NCBI GenBank assembly: GCA_038320275.1
Contig: JBBQEB010000019.1
Span: 1-34,718 of the forward strand
DNA length: 34,718 bases
Source: Myxococcales bacterium
GTDB lineage: Bacteria > Myxococcota > Myxococcia > Myxococcales > Anaeromyxobacteraceae
Reading direction: 5' to 3'
Part shown: one piece after another, positions 29,408 through 34,718 of the stretch
Position numbering within the stretch: the stretch's first letter is position 1
Layout: every line of letters starts with the position of its first letter
The notes under the pieces: generated by a model
The model's input: only the letters and a program-made list of their open reading frames with translations
Database searches by the model: none
Told to the model about the DNA's origin: nothing
Position numbers and translations under genes: made by a program

Positions 29408-30675
29408 GCTCCGCCGATCCGGCGCGGCCGACGCCGCCCGCCCTCTATCTCCTCCTCGACCTGCCCTACGGCGCGGCGGTGGGCTACGCCTCCATCGCGG
29501 CGCCGTTCTGGCTGTCGCGGGCGGGGGTTCCGCTGGCGGACATCGCCTCGCTCTCGGCGGCGGCACTCATGCCGCACGCGCTCAAGATCTTCTGGGTACC
29601 GCTCCTCGACCTCGGCCCCCGGCGCAAGCTCTGGTACCTGGGCGCGGTCGCCTGCACCGCGGCCCTGCTCGTCCTCCTGTCCCTGCTGCCCGATCCCTTT
29701 CACCGGCTGCCGCTCTTCGCCGCCCTCCTGGGCGCCTCGCAGGTCGCGGCCACCACCGGCCACGCCGCCCTGAACGCGCTCATCGCCACGACCACCCGGG
29801 AGCGCGAGAAGGGCAGGGCGGCCGGGTACTACATGGCGAGCAACGTCGGGGGTACCGGCCTCCTGGGCGCGCTGGCGCTCTGGCTGGGCGATCACGTCTC
29901 CCCCGCCGCCTCCGGCGTCCTCCTTGCGGCGGTGGTCCTGACGACCGGTGCCGCCGCGCTCGCCATCGTCGAGCCTCGCTCGCAGCGGGTCTCCGGCTCG
30001 GCCGAGACGTTCCTGCGGGCCGCAGGCCGCACCGTGGGCGCCCTGGGGCGCGATCTCTGGAGCACCGTGCGCAGCCGGGAGGGCTTCACCGGGCTCGTCA
30101 TCTGCCTCGCCCCGGTGGGCTGCGGCGCGCTCACCAACCTCTTCTCCGGGCTGGCGGTGCACTACCGCGCAGGCTCGCACGTGGTGGAGCTCGTGAACGG
30201 GCTCGGCGGCGGGGTCACGGGCGCGGCCGGCTCGCTCCTGGGCGGCGTGCTCGCCGACCGCATGAACCGCAGGGTCGCCTATGCGCTGTCGGGAGGGCTC
30301 ACCGCCCTCGCCGCGCTCGCCATGGTCGCCTCGCCGCTCACCCCCGCCACCTACGCCTGGGGCACGCTCACCTACAGCTTCGCCAACGGCATCGCCTTCG
30401 CCACCTGGGCCGGCATGGTGCTCGAGATGGTGGGCCAGGGGGCGGCGGTGGCGACCAAGTACGCTCTCTTCAACGCCGCAGCCAACGCTGCCATCAGCTA
30501 CGTCACCGTCCTCGACGGCAAGGTACCGGGCTGGATGGGATGGACCGAGGCGCGCGGCGCGCTCGCGACCGACGCGGCCCTGACGTTCCTCGGCATCGCG
30601 GTGCTCGCCGCCATGCTGGCCCTCCCTCGAGCGCGGCCGTCCGCGCCCGCGCCCGCCGGGAGCACCGCCCCGTGA
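29404..30675 (+). CDS. MFS transporter, AmpG-like
   Basis: Many TM helices, PHALKIFWVPLLD, RRKLW, ATKYALF; ATGA overlap with peptidase stop. Confidence 0.8.
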   Translation: MSSADPARPTPPALYLLLDLPYGAAVGYASIAAPFWLSRAGVPLADIASLSAAALMPHALKIFWVPLLDLGPRRKLWYLGAVACTAALLVLLSLLPDPFHRLPLFAALLGASQVAATTGHAALNALIATTTREREKGRAAGYYMASNVGGTGLLGALALWLGDHVSPAASGVLLAAVVLTTGAAALAIVEPRSQRVSGSAETFLRAAGRTVGALGRDLWSTVRSREGFTGLVICLAPVGCGALTNLFSGLAVHYRAGSHVVELVNGLGGGVTGAAGSLLGGVLADRMNRRVAYALSGGLTALAALAMVASPLTPATYAWGTLTYSFANGIAFATWAGMVLEMVGQGAAVATKYALFNAAANAAISYVTVLDGKVPGWMGWTEARGALATDAALTFLGIAVLAAMLALPRARPSAPAPAGSTAP

Positions 30676-31919
30676 TGCGGCTCTCCCGCCACCTCCCCGC
30701 GCTGCGCTCGCCGGACCTCGCCTGGCTCCTCGCGGGCCAGCTCGTCTCTCTGACCGGCACCGGCATGCAGCAGGTGGCTGTGGTCTGGCAGCTCTACCTC
30801 TTCACACATTCGCCCTGGGCGCTGGGGCTCCTCGGACTGTTCCGGGTGGTGCCCATCGTCGTTTTCGCGCTCGGAGGGGGCGTGGTGGCCGACGCCTTCG
30901 ACCGGCGCCGGCTCATGATGGTGACGCAGGCGATGCTGGCGCTGGTCTCCGTCGGGCTCGCCGTCACCTCGGCCACGGGCGTCGCGAGCGCCTGGACGCT
31001 CTACGCGGCGGCCGCGCTCACCGGCGCAGCCAGCGCCTTCGACGCCCCCGCGCGCCAGGCGCTCCTCCCGCTCCTCGTTCCGCGCGAGGACCTGCCAGCC
31101 GCGCTGGGGCTCGGAGCCACGGTCTTCCAGTTCGCCACCATCGCCGGTCCGGCCCTGGGCGGGCTCGTCCTGGCCTTCGGCGGGGTGGTGCCCATCTACG
31201 TCCTCGACGCGCTCTCGTTCCTCGCCGTCATCGGCGCGCTCCTTCGCATGTCGCACCGCGCCCCCGCCCGCACCGGCACGCCACTGGGAGTGCACGCCGC
31301 GCTGGAGGGCCTCCGCTTCCTGCGGGGCGCGCCGCTCATCCGCACCACCATGCTGCTCGACTTCATCGCCACCTTCTTCGGCGGGTCGATGCTGCTCATG
31401 CCCATCTTCGCCGACCAGCTCCTGCACGTCGGACCCCGCGGGCTGGGGCTCCTCTACGCCGCCCAGCCAGTGGGCGCCACGCTGGCCGGGCTCGTGCTGT
31501 CCTCCCGCGGGATTCCCCGCCGTCAGGGGCTGGCCGTGCTCTGGTCGGTCGCGGCGTACGGGGTCGCCATCGCAGTCTTCGGGGCCTCGCGCTCCTTCGC
31601 GCTCTCGCTCGCGGCGCTGGCAGCGTCCGGTGCTTCCGATACGGTGTCGATGGTCATCCGGCAGACGTTGCGGCAGCTCCTCACCCCCGACGCGCTCCGC
31701 GGCCGTATGACGTCCATCAACATGATCTTCTTCATGGGGGGGCCCCAGCTCGGGGAGGTGGAGGCGGGAGCGGTGGCGCGCGCCTTCGGGCCTCGCCTCT
31801 CGGTGGCCTCCGGCGGGCTCCTGTGCGTGGCGGCGGTGGCGCTCGCGGCGCTCCTCGCGCCCGGGCTCCGCGCGTACGGAGCGTCACCCCACGCCGACCC
31901 AGCCCTGACGAAGGGATAG
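30675..31919 (+). CDS. MFS transporter, EntS/DHA3-like
   Basis: GQLVSLTGTGMQQVAVVWQLY, GVVADAFDRRRL, PARQALLP, TPDALRGRMTS, GGPQLGEVEAG. Confidence 0.88.
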   Translation: MRLSRHLPALRSPDLAWLLAGQLVSLTGTGMQQVAVVWQLYLFTHSPWALGLLGLFRVVPIVVFALGGGVVADAFDRRRLMMVTQAMLALVSVGLAVTSATGVASAWTLYAAAALTGAASAFDAPARQALLPLLVPREDLPAALGLGATVFQFATIAGPALGGLVLAFGGVVPIYVLDALSFLAVIGALLRMSHRAPARTGTPLGVHAALEGLRFLRGAPLIRTTMLLDFIATFFGGSMLLMPIFADQLLHVGPRGLGLLYAAQPVGATLAGLVLSSRGIPRRQGLAVLWSVAAYGVAIAVFGASRSFALSLAALAASGASDTVSMVIRQTLRQLLTPDALRGRMTSINMIFFMGGPQLGEVEAGAVARAFGPRLSVASGGLLCVAAVALAALLAPGLRAYGASPHADPALTKG

Positions 31920-31995
31920 GTGCCCCAGAGCCCCGCGTGGTTTACTTTGTGCGCTGGAGCGCGGCGCCCTTTGCCCGCACTCCCTCCACGGAAAC

Positions 31996-33774
31996 GTGCT
32001 TCCCCGAGCGCAGGGCCCCACGGAGCGCGCCGAGACGACGGTTCCGCCGCCCGTCTTCTATCGCTCGTTTCGCGAGTTCCTCTCCCACCTTCCCGGCGTC
32101 TCGCAGCGGTTCTGGGTGCTGGTGGTCGCGACCGGCGTCATCTCGGGCCTCGGGTCGGTGGTGCTCCTCGACCTCCTCGCCCTGGTGCGCGAGTACGCGT
32201 GGGGTGACGCCCCCACCCTGCTCCAATCCTTCGCGGCGGCGTCGCCGGCGCGCCGCATCGTGGTCCCCGCGCTGGGCGGGCTGCTCGTCACCGCGGCCAT
32301 GCTCGGAACCAAGAAGCGCCTCGGCGGCCACGGCACGGCCGGGATCATCGAGGCCATCTGGGTGCAGCAAGGGAGGCTGCAGCTCGGACGCGCCATCCTC
32401 CGCGCCGTCATCTCCATCGTCGCGGTCGCCACTGGCGCCTCCCTGGGCCGCGAGGGCGCGCTCCTCCAGACCGGCGCCGCCTCCGGCTCGTGGCTCGCCG
32501 ACCGCTTCAACGTCACCCGGCAGCAAGCGCGGCTCCTGGTGGCCTGCGGGGCCGCGTCCGGCATGGCGGCTGCCTACAACGTGCCCATCGGTGGGGCGCT
32601 CTTCGGGCTGGAGGTCCTGCTGGGCAGCTTCGCGCTCGAGCTCTTCGGTCCCATCGTGGTGAGCTGCGTCACCGCGACCCTCATCGCGCGGGTCGTCGCC
32701 GGCAACAACCCCAGCTACGCCATCCCCGAGTACGAGCTCATGCGGCCGACGCAGGCGCTGGTGGGGCTCGCCATGGCGCCCTTCCTCGCCCTCGCCTCGG
32801 TGCTCTACATCCGCGTCCTCGGCTGGGTCGAGGTGCAGCTCTACCGGGTGCCGCGCGGCCTCGCCCGCTTCCTGCCGCCGGTCGCCATGGCGCTCCTCGG
32901 GGTGGGCTCCATCCGCTTTCCGGAGCTGCTCGGCAACGGGTACGACACCGTGAAGTCGGCGCTCCTCGGGAACATCCCGCTGGCGCTGCTCGTCGGCCTG
33001 CCCTTCCTCAAGCTCGCCGCGAGCGCGATCTGCGCCGGCTCCGGCATCCCGGGCGGGCTCTTCACTCCGTCCCTCTTCTTCGGCGCCCTGGTGGGCGGCG
33101 CGCTGGGCGAGCTGGCGCGCCACCTCGCGCCCGGCATGGCGGCTCCGCCCGGCGCGTTCGCGCTCATGGGCATGGCCGGCGTCCTCGCGGGCACCACCCA
33201 CGCGGCCGTCTCGGCGGTGCTCATCATCTTCGAGCTCACCGGCGACTACGGCGTCATCCTCCCGCTCATGCTCTGCGCGGTGGCCACCGCCGCGGTGAGC
33301 CGGAGGCTGGAGCCGGACTCGCTCTACACGGCCCCCCTGCGGAGGCGGGGCGTGAAGCTCCCGGAGCTGCCGCGCCCGGAGTGGCTGCAGGTCACGCCGG
33401 TGTCGTCGCTGCTCGCGGGCGGCTTCGAGGTGGTCGGACCCGAGACAGCGCTGCAGGCGCTCCTGCCCAAGCTGCTGTCGCTCCCCGCCGGGCACGACCT
33501 GTACGTCGCCGACGGGCAAGGCAAGCTCCTCGGCGTCATCGCCCTCGACGCCCTCAAGAGCGCGCTGCTCGACGAGGCGCTCCTCCCCATGATCGTCGCC
33601 GCCGACGTGATGAGCGAGGGCATCACACCCATCACGAGCAGCATGTCGCTGGCCGACGTCGCGCTGCGCTTTTCGGGCGAGGACATGGAGCGCCTGCCGG
33701 TCGTCGATGAGGCGCAACATCTCGTGGGCACCGTGTCCAAGCGGGACGTGCTGAAGCACGGACGTTTTTTCTAG
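31996..33774 (+). CDS. ClC-family chloride/proton transporter with C-terminal CBS pair
   Basis: GREGA, AYNVPIGGALFGLE, GGLFTP, FELTGDY, SLY, CBS region; start uncertain. Confidence 0.9.
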   Translation: MLPRAQGPTERAETTVPPPVFYRSFREFLSHLPGVSQRFWVLVVATGVISGLGSVVLLDLLALVREYAWGDAPTLLQSFAAASPARRIVVPALGGLLVTAAMLGTKKRLGGHGTAGIIEAIWVQQGRLQLGRAILRAVISIVAVATGASLGREGALLQTGAASGSWLADRFNVTRQQARLLVACGAASGMAAAYNVPIGGALFGLEVLLGSFALELFGPIVVSCVTATLIARVVAGNNPSYAIPEYELMRPTQALVGLAMAPFLALASVLYIRVLGWVEVQLYRVPRGLARFLPPVAMALLGVGSIRFPELLGNGYDTVKSALLGNIPLALLVGLPFLKLAASAICAGSGIPGGLFTPSLFFGALVGGALGELARHLAPGMAAPPGAFALMGMAGVLAGTTHAAVSAVLIIFELTGDYGVILPLMLCAVATAAVSRRLEPDSLYTAPLRRRGVKLPELPRPEWLQVTPVSSLLAGGFEVVGPETALQALLPKLLSLPAGHDLYVADGQGKLLGVIALDALKSALLDEALLPMIVAADVMSEGITPITSSMSLADVALRFSGEDMERLPVVDEAQHLVGTVSKRDVLKHGRFF

Positions 33775-33791
33775 GGTACGCTGGGAGAGCG

Positions 33792-34502
33792 ATGCGCGCG
33801 CTCATCGTGGACGACGAGCCGCTCGCCCGGGACGAGCTCGATCGCCTCCTGCAGGAGGCCGGCAGCGTCACGGTGGTGGCGAAGTGCGGGAACGCGGTGG
33901 AGGCCCTCCAGGCGGTGCGCAGGGAGACGCCCGACGTCCTCTTCCTCGACGTCCACATGCCAGGCGTGAGCGGGTTCGAGCTGCTCGCCATGCTCGACGA
34001 CGACCCGCGCCGCCGCGTCGTCTTCGTCACGGCGCACGACGAGTTCGCGGTGCGGGCGTTCGAGGAGAGCGCGGTCGACTACCTGCTCAAACCGGTGGAG
34101 AAGGAGCGGCTCGCGAAGACGCTGGAGCGGCTCCAGGCGCGCGGGGCACAGTCCCTGTCGCCGAACCTCGCGCCGCCTCACATCACCCGTATCCCGTGCG
34201 TTGCCGCGGGCCGGTCGATCAAGCTGGTGGCGCTCGCGGAAGTGGAGTCTGTGCGCTCGTCGGAGGCTGGAGTGCACGTCGTCACCGCCGGCGGCGAGTA
34301 CTACACGGAGCTCACGCTCGCGGTGCTGGAGGAGCGGGCCGGTCTGCTGCGCTGCCACAAGCAGCACCTCGTGAACGCCGACCGCATCGACGAGATCAGC
34401 CTCGCCGAAGGGTCCGTGGCGGTGATCAAGACGAAGTCCGGCCACACCCTGCCAGTCAGCAGGCGCTTCCTCGCCAAGCTGCGGGCCGCGCTGGGCCTTT
34501 AG
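33792..34502 (+). CDS. LytTR response regulator, BtsR/YehT-like
   Basis: IVDDEPLARDEL, FLDVHMP, VFVTAHDEFAVRAFE, DYLLKP, ELTLAVLEE, RCHKQHLVN, PVSRR. Confidence 0.9.
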   Translation: MRALIVDDEPLARDELDRLLQEAGSVTVVAKCGNAVEALQAVRRETPDVLFLDVHMPGVSGFELLAMLDDDPRRRVVFVTAHDEFAVRAFEESAVDYLLKPVEKERLAKTLERLQARGAQSLSPNLAPPHITRIPCVAAGRSIKLVALAEVESVRSSEAGVHVVTAGGEYYTELTLAVLEERAGLLRCHKQHLVNADRIDEISLAEGSVAVIKTKSGHTLPVSRRFLAKLRAALGL

Positions 34503-34678
34503 TGCCTCGACCCAGGCATAGCGCCTCCTACGAGCGCCGATCCTCTCGCAGCGGCAGGCGGCCTCGTCGCTCCGCTGCTCGCCGTAGCGCTGCTACGACT
34601 CCGCTGCTCTCTCCTCGGGCGCCAGCCTCGCTTCGGTCTCGACGCTCTCGTCACGTCACCTTGCCTGGGTCGAGGCAC
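34502..34678. mobile_element. MITE-like element with 17-bp perfect terminal inverted repeats
   Basis: GTGCCTCGACCCAGGCA (34502-34518) and TGCCTGGGTCGAGGCAC (34662-34678); no ORF-track gene within. Confidence 0.7.
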
Positions 34679-34718
34679 GAGCCTCCGGCGCGCATGGGGG
34701 CCGCGCAGCGCAAGCCCC

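Noticed and set aside
31996..33774. Fluoride-specific CLC-F exporter
   Set aside because: Lacks GNNLI, GREGT and GEVTP signatures.

Overview
Very GC-rich bacterial chromosome segment. Gene content and Thr/Ser/Pro linker style suggest an Anaeromyxobacter-like Myxococcota genome (inference). 1-9.5 kb (minus strand): a flagellar basal-body/export operon (fleQ-like, secreted Cys-paired protein, fleR-like, flgB, flgC, fliE, fliF, fliG, fliH, fliI, then a truncated secreted T/S/P-rich protein). It has two sigma54-type promoters; both activators lack N-terminal regulatory domains and no FleS-type kinase is in the operon. Next come a MetX-homoserine dehydrogenase fusion, a small-ORF plus nucleotidyltransferase pair (toxin-antitoxin candidate), a membrane MutS-family ATPase, a DUF853 ATPase, an apparently frameshifted YbgA (DUF523+DUF1722) gene and an SDR. 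These are followed by a solitary type IIG restriction-modification fusion, a class II photolyase with a YbjT-like gene, egtB-egtD, an M1 aminopeptidase with two MFS transporters, a ClC-CBS transporter, an orphan BtsR/YehT-like regulator and a 177-bp MITE-like element. No rRNA, tRNA, CRISPR array, transposase or integrase was recognised. All calls come from motif recognition by eye; no database searches were run.
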